DNA from: Zestosphaera sp.
GTDB taxonomy: Archaea; Thermoproteota; Thermoprotei_A; Sulfolobales; NBVN01
NCBI GenBank assembly: GCA_038727705.1
Contig: JAVYVJ010000002.1
Location: 359,051-423,050 of the forward strand
Direction: 5' to 3'
Length of the DNA: 64,000 nt
Both the position numbers and the translations under genes were made by a program. Below, piece after piece: positions 48,281 to 57,221 of the stretch. The number at the start of each line of letters is the position of its first letter. Within the stretch, counting starts at the first letter, position 1. The notes under the pieces were generated by a model. The model saw only the letters and a list, made by a program, of their open reading frames with translations, ran no database searches and was not told the DNA's origin.

Positions 48281-49465
48281 TTAGCTACCGGCTATCTTCC
48301 ACTCACTCTTCCATACCCCCTTCTCCTTCAGGAACATCGCCAGCCCTGGATGCACTGGAACGTCCTTGTTGGTCTCGATCCCGGCGACCTGCACGCCGAC
48401 GAAGTCTTCAGCAAGAAGCCTGAACATCGGGTTTAGCTCTGCCAGCTCCTTAGCGTGCGCCTCGAGAACTTTAAGCATCTTATAAACCACCTCGGCAGGA
48501 ACCTCTGTCCCCACATGGAAGCCGTAGTAGAACCTGAGGGCCGTCAGTTTGGTGCCTGTGTTGAGCTTCACATCCGTTGAGAAGACCTCCTTAGGGGTAA
48601 CGTAGTTCTCAAGCACCTCGAATATCCCTAGCGCGGGGGCTTTAGCCTTGAGGACCTCCACCTCGTCCGGACATGGATTGAGTATCGCCAGTGGGACGCT
48701 GAGCTCTGCCTGCCTAGCCCAGTCCGGCAGACCGTAAACCCCCACGGTGTAGATGTTCGTTGCCACTATCACATCCCTCTCCAGGGCGTCTGGAACCATG
48801 CTCCAGTCAATCTCCACCTGCTCGAAGGTGATGTTGAGTACTTGAAGCGCGGCCCTCAAAGCCGCCCCGACGTCCCACCCCGCCGGGCCGGAGAATATCT
48901 TCATGCCTTTTAAGTCACGCCAGCAAGCGATCTTACCCAGGTTCTTTTGATGTATGGCTATAGTTACCTCGTTTGTGTAAGCCCAGAACGTCTGCACAGG
49001 CCACCTACCTGGGGTGAAGCCCTTGAACCTCCCGGACAGTGAGTAAAGCTCGGTAAACGATGGAGTGGATGCGTAGCAACCTCCCAGCTCACCGCTTGCA
49101 TAGCCCTTTATGCTGGCCACAGCCCCTGCAGTAGGCATAACACTTATCTCAAGCTCGGTCATATGCCTGTTAACCACGTCGGCTATCAACGCTAAGCCAG
49201 TGTACCCCGCACTACCAACTGAGGCTGTACCCCATTGAAGAGTGATCTTAGATATGGGTGTCGTTGGTGTTGGCGTGGGGGTTGTCGGAGTAGTTGCTGG
49301 GGTCGTTGTTGGTGTGGGGGTCGTGGGCTTAGGCGTAGTAGGGGTCGGAGTAGGTGTGGGTGTTGGCGTAGGTGTTGGTGCCATTAGGAACTGGTAAGCA
49401 ACCACAGCAACTATTAGCACGACTATTGCTACGACTACTCCCAACAAAGTTTTCTGGGACGCCAT
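48281..49465 (-). CDS. TAXI-family TRAP transporter solute receptor, membrane-anchored through an N-terminal TM and a Thr/Pro-rich stalk
   Basis: N-terminal TM, a 44-aa TP-rich linker (TPTPTPTPTPTPTTPKPTTPTPTTTPATTPTTPTPTPTTP), then a TAXI-like core (GTASVGSAGYTGLALIADVVN...MPTAGAVASI). Confidence 0.8.
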   Translation of the reverse strand: MASQKTLLGVVVAIVVLIVAVVAYQFLMAPTPTPTPTPTPTPTTPKPTTPTPTTTPATTPTTPTPTPTTPISKITLQWGTASVGSAGYTGLALIADVVNRHMTELEISVMPTAGAVASIKGYASGELGGCYASTPSFTELYSLSGRFKGFTPGRWPVQTFWAYTNEVTIAIHQKNLGKIACWRDLKGMKIFSGPAGWDVGAALRAALQVLNITFEQVEIDWSMVPDALERDVIVATNIYTVGVYGLPDWARQAELSVPLAILNPCPDEVEVLKAKAPALGIFEVLENYVTPKEVFSTDVKLNTGTKLTALRFYYGFHVGTEVPAEVVYKMLKVLEAHAKELAELNPMFRLLAEDFVGVQVAGIETNKDVPVHPGLAMFLKEKGVWKSEWKIAGS

Positions 49466-49481
49466 AAGACATCCCCTCTAC

Positions 49482-49519
49482 TAATCAGTTATTTAGGTTT
49501 TAATCAGTTATTTAGGTTT
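49482..49519. repeat. perfect 19-bp tandem duplication (TAATCAGTTATTTAGGTTT x2) covering the TATA-like box of the TAXI receptor gene
   Basis: Units at 49482-49500 and 49501-49519 are identical. On the gene strand each unit contains CTAAATAA. The proximal box is centred about 27 nt upstream of the ATG at 49465, which fits a leaderless-type promoter. Confidence 0.7.
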
Positions 49520-49659
49520 TTAAGTATTACCACTGTTTAATCGTTACTAAATCCTTTGAAAAGTCTTGCGCGGGTCTAGATGGGTTGGCTTAAATAATTT
49601 CTGGTGGGTTTAGATCCTTAGAATGCCTGATTGAGTGTTAACTGGAACCGGATTTCCTC

Positions 49660-50646
49660 TCAAGCACTCACCCTAAGGTTTACTATGAATTCCTCAAGTG
49701 TTTGAATGAACTCATCCGGTTTTTCCTCATGCGGTAAGTGTCCGCATTCATCCATCACCACGAGTTTGTGGTGGGCCGCTGGATTCAGTAAGCTGACCAA
49801 CTCCAGGCTGTTGCTGAGGTTTACAATCTCATCGTTAAGGCCGTGGATGATTAGAGTAGGGGTCTCTAAGTTACCTATCCCATCCCTGATGTCGGGGAAT
49901 CCCTTATACTTCATCAGCCAGTAGAGGCCCTTATCCCAGTCCTTAGCTCTCAAGGGATACTTATAGCCTTCCAGCACATCCTCAGTTAGCTTTGACTTAT
50001 CGTACCAAGCCCTGTAGAGTATCTGCTCCAACTGCCCTATGAAGCCCCTGACTACGAGGGGGCCGTACTTCTCGGATAGGGGTATTGAATACAGTAGGGT
50101 CTCATGAAGCGAGTTCCGACTGGGCTTCCACGCCGGTGCAACGAGAACCAGCGCCTCCACTAGTTCGGGATAATTGAGCGTGAAGAGTATGGCAACCCCG
50201 CCTCCAGCGGAATGTCCTATGAGGACTGCCTTGCTCACGTTGAGCTTCCCAAACAGTCTGTAGGTCAGCTCCACCTGTCCTTCAGCGGTGTAGGGGTTGA
50301 AGCCCGCCTTAGCTGGATCCACCCTCTCGCTGAGTCCGAAACCCGGTCTGTCGAAGGCTATTACCCTGCCATAGTTACTGAGCGGCTTAAGCACTTCCCT
50401 CCAACTGAAGACACTAGCTCCAAAACCGTGAAGGAGGACGAATGTGAGATTACCTCCCCCGTAGTCCTCGACGTAGTGTATCTTCACACCGTCGATCTCA
50501 ACGAACTTACCCCAGCCCTGAGCTAAATCCTCGACAGGCTCGCCCACAGTCGGCACCGGTACGATATAGAGGATGAGGAGGGTTAGGGTTAAGGCTAGGA
50601 CTGCCTTAAAGAACCTCGCCCTGATTAAAGGTTTCAGCGACTTCAT
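49660..50646 (-). CDS. alpha/beta-fold hydrolase with N-terminal signal/anchor
   Basis: HGFGAS oxyanion region, the nucleophile elbow GHSAGG, and a C-terminal CGHLPHEE (catalytic His). 328 aa. Confidence 0.85.
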   Translation of the reverse strand: MKSLKPLIRARFFKAVLALTLTLLILYIVPVPTVGEPVEDLAQGWGKFVEIDGVKIHYVEDYGGGNLTFVLLHGFGASVFSWREVLKPLSNYGRVIAFDRPGFGLSERVDPAKAGFNPYTAEGQVELTYRLFGKLNVSKAVLIGHSAGGGVAILFTLNYPELVEALVLVAPAWKPSRNSLHETLLYSIPLSEKYGPLVVRGFIGQLEQILYRAWYDKSKLTEDVLEGYKYPLRAKDWDKGLYWLMKYKGFPDIRDGIGNLETPTLIIHGLNDEIVNLSNSLELVSLLNPAAHHKLVVMDECGHLPHEEKPDEFIQTLEEFIVNLRVSA

Positions 50647-50766
50647 CTAATCACGCCCCTAAAGCCCGTTAACGATGTGTACCATAAGCGTGAGAGCCTT
50701 TAACTCTTAGACGGTTTAGTCCCGTGAAGAAGGCTTGTTAGTCATTAAGTCAGTGAAAAATTATGC

Positions 50767-51432
50767 TTAGCTGGACTCTGCAGGGCTCTTCGCTTGTTCG
50801 GGAAGGCCTGAGGGTATCGCCGGCAGTGATGGGAACGTCTCCTTCATCCTCTGCTCAGCCACTACCTTAGCCTCCTCGAGTATCTTCCTCGCATCAGGCG
50901 TTGCATACATGCTCACCGACCCGACCCCTATCATCTCACCGGCCTCCATGACGGTCTCCTGCAGTATGTCCTGAATCTCACCTAGCTCTATCCCTATCTC
51001 GGGGAGTGTGGTCTTTATCGCCTCCCTGATGTCCTTGACCACACTGACTACGGGCCCTAGGTAGGCCGCTATCTCCCCTATCTCCCTTATGGACTCAAGC
51101 CTCAACCCTATCTGCTCCAGTGCCACCTGCACCAGGAAGAGGCTCTTAGCGACCTTCCTCAACTCAGCCACTTCATTAGCGTACATCGTGGCTCTCGTCT
51201 GGTCTTTAGATATGAACGCGTCCACAACCCTCTCGAAGAGCTCCTTATCCCTGGCCTTGAGCCTGTCAAGGTACACCTCAAGCCTCCTGGTCATGGAGTT
51301 CAGCTTGTAGTGAGCCATAGCTAGCCTGTACCTTAAGGGCTTCTCCCTCACGAACAGCTCCTTAATGTGGTCGCCAACCGACTTATCCTTACCCTTCCAA
51401 GACTTCTCGAACTCCTTGAAGCTCGAACCCAA
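50767..51432 (-). CDS. ESCRT-III / CdvB-like (Snf7 family) protein lacking a C-terminal winged helix
   Basis: 221 aa and all-helical. The core blocks RLKARDKELFERVV and RATMYANEVAELRK, followed by LEQIGLRLESI and LGPVV..VKDI, resemble crenarchaeal CdvB paralogues as I recall them. Acidic/Pro-rich tail. Confidence 0.6.
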   Translation of the reverse strand: MGSSFKEFEKSWKGKDKSVGDHIKELFVREKPLRYRLAMAHYKLNSMTRRLEVYLDRLKARDKELFERVVDAFISKDQTRATMYANEVAELRKVAKSLFLVQVALEQIGLRLESIREIGEIAAYLGPVVSVVKDIREAIKTTLPEIGIELGEIQDILQETVMEAGEMIGVGSVSMYATPDARKILEEAKVVAEQRMKETFPSLPAIPSGLPEQAKSPAESS

Positions 51433-51547
51433 TTACTTCACCAACGCTACTCTTGCGATCAAGGAATACTTTTAAAGACTGAGCCTCTTACCCTCCTTTT
51501 TAAGGTCGAGCGAGATTTAACATTCGAGTCCTTGGAGAGGTGTCTGC

Positions 51548-52537
51548 ATGAATAGTGAGTACTTAATGGACTACCTCGACTGGCCGGATTTGGTGAGGGC
51601 GGCGTTAAGCACGGAACCTGCGAACGCAGAGCCTCTGAGGAAGCCCCCTGAGGGCGTGGCGGTACTTGGCATGGGGGGCTCCGGAATAGTGGGTGATGTC
51701 CTGCAGTCAATGTCCGCCGAGAGGTTTGATGCACCGCTGGTGGTCATCAAAGACTTTAGATTACCCAGGTGGGTTGACCGGGATTGGTTAGTGCTGGCAG
51801 TGAGCTACTCAGGGGATACTATGGAGACCCTTACATGCCTTCAGGAAGCCCTCTCAAGAGGCGTTAAGGCGGCGGTAGTTGCTTCGGGTGGTATGATGAT
51901 GGAGCTCTCGGTGAGTAATCGCCTTCCACACTTTAGGATCCCACCCGGGAGGACCCCAAGATCCTCCTTCCCAGCCCTCCTCCTAGGAGCTCTTAAGCTA
52001 CTATCTAAGCTTGGCGTAGAGCTTGAGGGAATGGACGCTCACGAGCTACTCAAATCCCTTGAGGGCAGCGACGCACTTAAGGCCGGCGGCGAATTAGCTG
52101 ACAGGCTCCACGGCAGGATGCCTGTCTTCATAAGCAACGTTAGATATTACCCACTAGCCCTAAGGGCTAAGGACGAGTTCAACGAGAACGCGAAGACGGT
52201 GGCTAAAGCGGAGGTATATCCCGAGGGATTCCACAACGACGTGGTTGGGTGGGAGGGCTGGTTCGGACCCGTGAGCGCCGTGATCTTCAGGGAGGTCGGT
52301 GACTACACGCTTGGATTCCTTGAAGAACTGCTTAAGAGCGCCGGGGTCAGCCTAACCGTGTACGAGATAAGCGGTGACTATGTGAGCAACATCATCAAGT
52401 GGTCTCAAATACTGGGTATAGCGTCAGTGGAAACAGCGTTGAGACGAGGATTAAACCCCAGAGAAACTAAACACATAGCCAGGTATAAAGAGTTCCTAAG
52501 GAAGTGCGGACGCACGAAACCTCTAGGGCAGGGTTGA
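51548..52537 (+). CDS. bifunctional phosphoglucose/phosphomannose isomerase (SIS-domain, crenarchaeal PGI/PMI family)
   Basis: GMGGSGIVGDVL SIS motif, SYSGDTMETL, double-SIS layout. 329 aa. Confidence 0.75.
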   Translation: MNSEYLMDYLDWPDLVRAALSTEPANAEPLRKPPEGVAVLGMGGSGIVGDVLQSMSAERFDAPLVVIKDFRLPRWVDRDWLVLAVSYSGDTMETLTCLQEALSRGVKAAVVASGGMMMELSVSNRLPHFRIPPGRTPRSSFPALLLGALKLLSKLGVELEGMDAHELLKSLEGSDALKAGGELADRLHGRMPVFISNVRYYPLALRAKDEFNENAKTVAKAEVYPEGFHNDVVGWEGWFGPVSAVIFREVGDYTLGFLEELLKSAGVSLTVYEISGDYVSNIIKWSQILGIASVETALRRGLNPRETKHIARYKEFLRKCGRTKPLGQG

Positions 52538-52746
52538 TGATCGCTTAGCCTTCCCCACCTCGTTGAACCTGGGGAAAGTTCACGAGCCTTACGGAGGGTG
52601 GTCCACGACCGCGGTGAAGCACTCAGCGGGGGAGAGACGAACCATACCCGACTGAAAGACAGCACCTAGAACGGGGCGGCTTGCATTCAGTTGTGATTAG
52701 GTGACGACTTATTAGCAGACTAGAAGCTTCTTACAAAGGGTAGGAG

Positions 52747-53562
52747 ATGCTACTGGCTAACTGGAGGCTGGTCAGGGAGCTTCTGCAGGCGGTCGATTTA
52801 GCTGTGGAGGTGGTGGACGGCAGGGATCCCTCCTCGACTAGGAGCAGGAGGTTCGAGAGCATGTGCGGGGAGCTGGACGTTAAGTACGTCCTAGCGCTGA
52901 ATAAGGCTGACCTCGTACCCCGCGACGTCGGGCGTGCGTGGGTTAACTACTTCAGGGAGGTTGAGCACGTAAATGCAGTCCTAATCTCGGCTCAGAGGAG
53001 GTTAGGCACTCTGAGGTTGAGGAGGGTCGTCAGATCTCTGTGCAGGAAGAAGCCGCTCATAGTCGGTGTTTTCGGCGTTCCCAAAGTCGGCAAGTCGACC
53101 CTCATCAATACGTGGGCCGGCAGACACGCTGCCGGAACCTCGCCACACCCCGGCACCCCCGGCTACACCAAGAAGGCACAGCTCTTCAACGTCGGCAGCG
53201 GCGTCTACCTCCTTGACACTCCAGGGATACTGCCCGTAGAGGGTGATGAGGTGGAGATCGCCGTTAGGATGAACCCCATCGACAACATAAGAAACCCGGT
53301 GGCTGTGGCCGTGTCCTTGATTAGGAGGGTGGTGAAGTATAACCCTCGAGCATTCAGCGAGGCGTACGAGATAGAGAGCGCAGACCCTGACGTGATACTC
53401 AGGGAGTTAGCTCTCAGGAGGGGATGGATCTACAGGAGCGACAGAGAACCCGTAATCAGTGAGTCAGCTAAGCTGATAATACGCGACTACCTGGAAGGCA
53501 GGATAAGGTTCTACGTGATGCCCCCCTCAAGCTTCGGCGAAGTTAGGCCTCAACGATCTTAA
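52747..53562 (+). CDS. circularly permuted GTPase (YlqF/RbgA-like ribosome-biogenesis GTPase)
   Basis: Motif order is G4 (LNKADL), then G1 (GVPKVGKSTLIN), then G3 (LLDTPGI), which is the cpGTPase hallmark. Confidence 0.8.
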   Translation: MLLANWRLVRELLQAVDLAVEVVDGRDPSSTRSRRFESMCGELDVKYVLALNKADLVPRDVGRAWVNYFREVEHVNAVLISAQRRLGTLRLRRVVRSLCRKKPLIVGVFGVPKVGKSTLINTWAGRHAAGTSPHPGTPGYTKKAQLFNVGSGVYLLDTPGILPVEGDEVEIAVRMNPIDNIRNPVAVAVSLIRRVVKYNPRAFSEAYEIESADPDVILRELALRRGWIYRSDREPVISESAKLIIRDYLEGRIRFYVMPPSSFGEVRPQRS

Positions 53563-54811
53563 GTATCGAGCTCTTGTCAAGCGCGTTAACCATTAGATAC
53601 TTATCGCTCAACGCCCTCAGGTCTTTATTGTCGCCTTGAATCATTACAGAGGAGAGTCTGGCGTTAGCCTCTCTAAGCTTACGCCTTAAAGTGGTTACGG
53701 AGAGCGCGTCCTCACCATCCGTTATCACCACAATGTCGGAATCCCTCTTAACGAGGCCGCTACCAACTATGTCCTCACACGCTGTCACGATCGCCTTAGT
53801 TATGTCAGTACCTCCACCGCTCTTGACCCTGGCTAAGTTTTTGAGTAACTCAAGGAACTCGGTAGGGCTCGCACGCCTGGACACCTTAATCAGGTCGTGC
53901 GGCATGCCGTCAAAGAACCTCATGTAGAACTCACGAACCTCCCTCCTAGACTTTATCAGGAGGGCTATAGCTGTTGCCTTAGCCCAATCTATCTTCTCAC
54001 CCTCCATGCTCCCCGACTTGTCTGTGAGAAGGTAGAGGGGGCCTAGGGACTTGCTCACCTTCTTGTCGTAGAGCAGGAGCTTGGACTCAGTGTAGCTCAG
54101 GAGGAGATATTTTGTCGGCAACGCTAGTTGCGCGGGAACCAGCCTCTCCAAATCATCGCCCAGGTCGTACCCGTCGAACTCCCCCCTGTTAAACCTGTCA
54201 TACCTCTTTCTAGCTTTCCTGGTGATGTCGGGTATTAATGAGAGGACCTCCAATATCTTGCTTACGTCCACGCTCCTCGACAACCTAAGGATCTTCTCCG
54301 AGTCCTCGTCCAGATCGAACTCACTCCCCACACCGGGTTGCAACCCCGACATGTAGAGTCTCTCAATATTCTTCATGGTCTCAGCCTCCTGAACGCTATT
54401 CCTCAGGGACTCCCTAACCACGGACTTCAGCGCGTTGCTGTTTATGCTGCCTGAATCCCTCGAGGTCAGGAGCTCCCTCCTCTCATCGAGCAATTCTACG
54501 AGGTACTGGATTACGGAGATCGAGATGAGAGTGGATATGAATGAGTTCAGGATTGTATGTTGCTTGAGTTTGACGAGCTCCTCCGATTCGCTGACGGCCT
54601 TGACGAGGCTGTAGTGGAGGCCGCCCCCCTCATGCTCCTCCACAACTATGGCGTGAGGCAGGTAGAGGATGTAGAAGAGATCGGTAGCTAGATCCGTGGT
54701 CAGGAGACTGTGCCTAAGACCCAACTTAGCCGAGAGCTTAACTATCTTCTCCCCCCTATAGCGAACCACAGGATCCTCATAATCGATGCCCCTTAAGAAA
54801 CCCCCGCTCAA
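53543..54811 (-). CDS. VWA-domain protein (ViaA/CoxE-like partner of the MoxR-type ATPase)
   Basis: C-terminal VWA with the MIDAS motif LLTDKSGSMEG plus downstream GGGTD and VVITDGED. Its start overlaps the ATPase stop by 4 nt. Confidence 0.8.
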   Translation of the reverse strand: MSGGFLRGIDYEDPVVRYRGEKIVKLSAKLGLRHSLLTTDLATDLFYILYLPHAIVVEEHEGGGLHYSLVKAVSESEELVKLKQHTILNSFISTLISISVIQYLVELLDERRELLTSRDSGSINSNALKSVVRESLRNSVQEAETMKNIERLYMSGLQPGVGSEFDLDEDSEKILRLSRSVDVSKILEVLSLIPDITRKARKRYDRFNRGEFDGYDLGDDLERLVPAQLALPTKYLLLSYTESKLLLYDKKVSKSLGPLYLLTDKSGSMEGEKIDWAKATAIALLIKSRREVREFYMRFFDGMPHDLIKVSRRASPTEFLELLKNLARVKSGGGTDITKAIVTACEDIVGSGLVKRDSDIVVITDGEDALSVTTLRRKLREANARLSSVMIQGDNKDLRALSDKYLMVNALDKSSILKIVEA

Positions 54812-57060
54812 ACCCTATCAGCCCTCCTGCCCACTAACTCCGTAATGCTGCTCACCAAACTCAGGACATCCTCGCCGAGCCTCAGGACCTGAGGATCCTG
54901 GGACTCCCTCATGATGCTGAGGATCCTCGCCTTAGTCACCTCCAGCTCCCTCTCTATAGTTTCGAACTTCGCAGCCACGAACGAGCTCTCTATCCCCTCC
55001 AGCGACTTCACGTACTGCAGCAACTCCTTCAGGTTAGTCTTTATCTCACTCAACTCCCTCAAGTACTTGTAGGAGGTCTTCAATTCCTCCGCAAGAACTG
55101 CGTTAACCTTCTCGAGATCGTCCCACTCACGCGTTGCCACGTACTTTACGGTGAGCAGGTCCTCCTCAACCGCGTACCTCCTCCCACCTATTAACGCGTT
55201 GGCGGCGATCACCTTCAACGATTTCCCCTTACGTCTGTCAGTTAGGTGGATCCCCCTACTCTCTAGGGCGGCGAAGAGCCTCAACAGCTTCCCCTCAACA
55301 CCACTTAAATCCACTTCATAGAGGGAGGCGTTAATCCTTTTCAGCTCGTCAACGCTCAGGATCCTGCCCCCATCACCTGCCTTACTCCCTAGCGTGTTCG
55401 CTCTCTCCAACTCCCACGAGGCTCTGAGGAGACCTCTCCATAAATCCTCCTGGACAGGTCTGACGAAGTGTCTTAGAAGGAATCTATCGTACACCGACTG
55501 GATCTCAGGGTCTTCGGGCACCTCGTTACTGGCTCCGAAAAGCGTCCACAGATCAACCCTCAACTCCGTGAAGCCATCGTACAGCATCCTCTCCTGAAGT
55601 AGAGTGTTCAGGGCGTTCAATATGGCTGAGTTGGCTTTGAAGATCTCGTCTAGGAAGGCTATCTGCGCATCAGGCAACTTGCCCGCGGTTAACCTGACGT
55701 ACCTGCCGTCCTCCAGGGCTTTAATGTCGAGAGGGCCGAACAGCTCCGAAGGTTCCGTGTACTTGGTCAGCAGGTACTTGAAGAACTTAGCGTTCAGGAG
55801 CTCGGCCGCCCTCCTAACCAGGGCTGACTTAGCTGTGTTGTGGGAGAGGAGTCCGTTAGTGAAGAATGAGTGTGTATCCGGCACGTGAAAGTCGTAAACC
55901 CTTACCCACCCCTCAAGCCTTCTAACGCTCTTGACCTCATCCCACTCGAAGCCTGCGACGTGCATCCCCCCAGCACGGCACTCCATCCTCAATGACCCCC
56001 CAAACTTATGCCGGAGGGTGTCAAGCCCTACCATCTCAACGAGCCTCCGGAGGTTACACGACCCCTCCACGCTGAGGACGTAGCCGCCGTACGCACTGCG
56101 GTCGCGTATGGAGGAGAGCACGCCATACCTCAGCAGAAGTATTTGAACACCCTCTAAGAACGTCCTGCTTCTACCCCTCAGGGTCAAACACGCTCTGGAG
56201 CCCCACTCTAAGACACTACCGCACTCTAAAACACTCCTCAGAAACGCTGCAGAGACTCTGTCCGGTGAGGCGAGGATCGACCAAGGCACTCGTTCCCTCC
56301 CCCTCCCAGCAAGCCACTTAAACAGCTTGACTAAGTACCCTGAACTATACTTAACTATCTGTGAGGAACGTGGCTGGATCACTCGAGGCTCTAAGTTGAA
56401 TAAGTCCTTCATGAGCGTCTCGATTCTCCCACGTAACTCCCCCTCATCAATGCCGACCCTGAACCCTACGGAGTAGTTGCTTAGGTAGCTACCTCTCATG
56501 ACGAACGCTCCTAAAACCTCGGCCAGCCTCTCATCCAATACGCCAACACTCCTAACGCCCGACCGCTTAAGCCTCACGCCAAGCAGTTCAGCGCTCGGGA
56601 TGCTTACGTAATGTGTTGGTGAGGGTAGTTGCGTTAAAACCCTGACCTTATCACCCCTCCTGAGATCCCTCATGCTGACCCAGCCTCTATCAGTCAGCAC
56701 CGGATGGTTTGGCGTTCCGCGAAGTCTGAAACCCCTTCCTGTAATAACCTCGTACGTCTCCCAGACATCGTACACGTGGAGTTCAGTGGCCCTACCGGGG
56801 GGGAAGACGGGAAAGTCCGCTATGTAGACCCCGGGCACGAGGTTCTTCGCCACATCGTCTAAGTAGAGTAGCTTGCCATCCTCTGAGGAGATGATTGTAT
56901 CTCCTGTAACGCAGCCCGGCTCCCCTACGAGGAGGGCGTGCTCGCCTGTGAGGAGGGCTAAGACTACCACACGCGACTCCTCATCCCTGCCCACGAAAGG
57001 TCTCTTAAGCTCCTCCTCAAACTTCTGAACCCTAGTAGCTATATCCCGAAGCCCAGACAC
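54808..57060 (-). CDS. RavA/MoxR-like AAA+ ATPase precursor containing an intein in the Walker A loop
   Basis: The exteins read FVGRDEESRVVVLALLTGEHALLVGEPG | TAKSALVRRAAELL...FGPLDIKALEDGRYVRLTAGKLPDAQIAFLDEIFKANSAILNALNTLLQER. Both are RavA-like blocks (Walker A GxPGxAKS, Walker B FLDEI). Confidence 0.9.
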   Translation of the reverse strand: MSGLRDIATRVQKFEEELKRPFVGRDEESRVVVLALLTGEHALLVGEPGCVTGDTIISSEDGKLLYLDDVAKNLVPGVYIADFPVFPPGRATELHVYDVWETYEVITGRGFRLRGTPNHPVLTDRGWVSMRDLRRGDKVRVLTQLPSPTHYVSIPSAELLGVRLKRSGVRSVGVLDERLAEVLGAFVMRGSYLSNYSVGFRVGIDEGELRGRIETLMKDLFNLEPRVIQPRSSQIVKYSSGYLVKLFKWLAGRGRERVPWSILASPDRVSAAFLRSVLECGSVLEWGSRACLTLRGRSRTFLEGVQILLLRYGVLSSIRDRSAYGGYVLSVEGSCNLRRLVEMVGLDTLRHKFGGSLRMECRAGGMHVAGFEWDEVKSVRRLEGWVRVYDFHVPDTHSFFTNGLLSHNTAKSALVRRAAELLNAKFFKYLLTKYTEPSELFGPLDIKALEDGRYVRLTAGKLPDAQIAFLDEIFKANSAILNALNTLLQERMLYDGFTELRVDLWTLFGASNEVPEDPEIQSVYDRFLLRHFVRPVQEDLWRGLLRASWELERANTLGSKAGDGGRILSVDELKRINASLYEVDLSGVEGKLLRLFAALESRGIHLTDRRKGKSLKVIAANALIGGRRYAVEEDLLTVKYVATREWDDLEKVNAVLAEELKTSYKYLRELSEIKTNLKELLQYVKSLEGIESSFVAAKFETIERELEVTKARILSIMRESQDPQVLRLGEDVLSLVSSITELVGRRADRV
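55837..56913 (-). mobile_element. 359-aa intein with a LAGLIDADG-type endonuclease domain
   Basis: Cys1 (TGC at 56913-56911) in CVTGDTIISS (block A); GTPNHPVLT (block B); LAGLIDADG-like helices LAEVLGAFVMRGS and AAFLRSVLECGS; VYDFHVPDTHSFFTNGLLSHN (blocks F/G, terminal Asn at 55839-55837); +1 Thr. Confidence 0.85.
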
Positions 57061-57221
57061 CCAGTACCACTATCCAATACAATAAGCGTTATACATAATA
57101 AAACCTCTACATCCCATCCAGCACCCGGTCCTCCCTGGCAGGCTTGAGTACAGATCCCTCCATCGAGGGGAATCTATAAAGTTAAATAAGTGCACTATAA
57201 TTTTGTTATAGGAGATGGTGG

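Noticed and set aside
52540-52720. RNase P RNA candidate: GGGGAAAGTTCACGAGCC (CR-I-like) and AGAACGGGGCGGCTTGC (CR-V-like) in the PGI/GTPase intergenic region
   Set aside because: The two segments cannot form the obligatory P4 helix (AAGUUCAC versus GCGGCUU), and no P1-P3 or P15 equivalents could be drawn. The match is probably fortuitous. A cmsearch would settle it.
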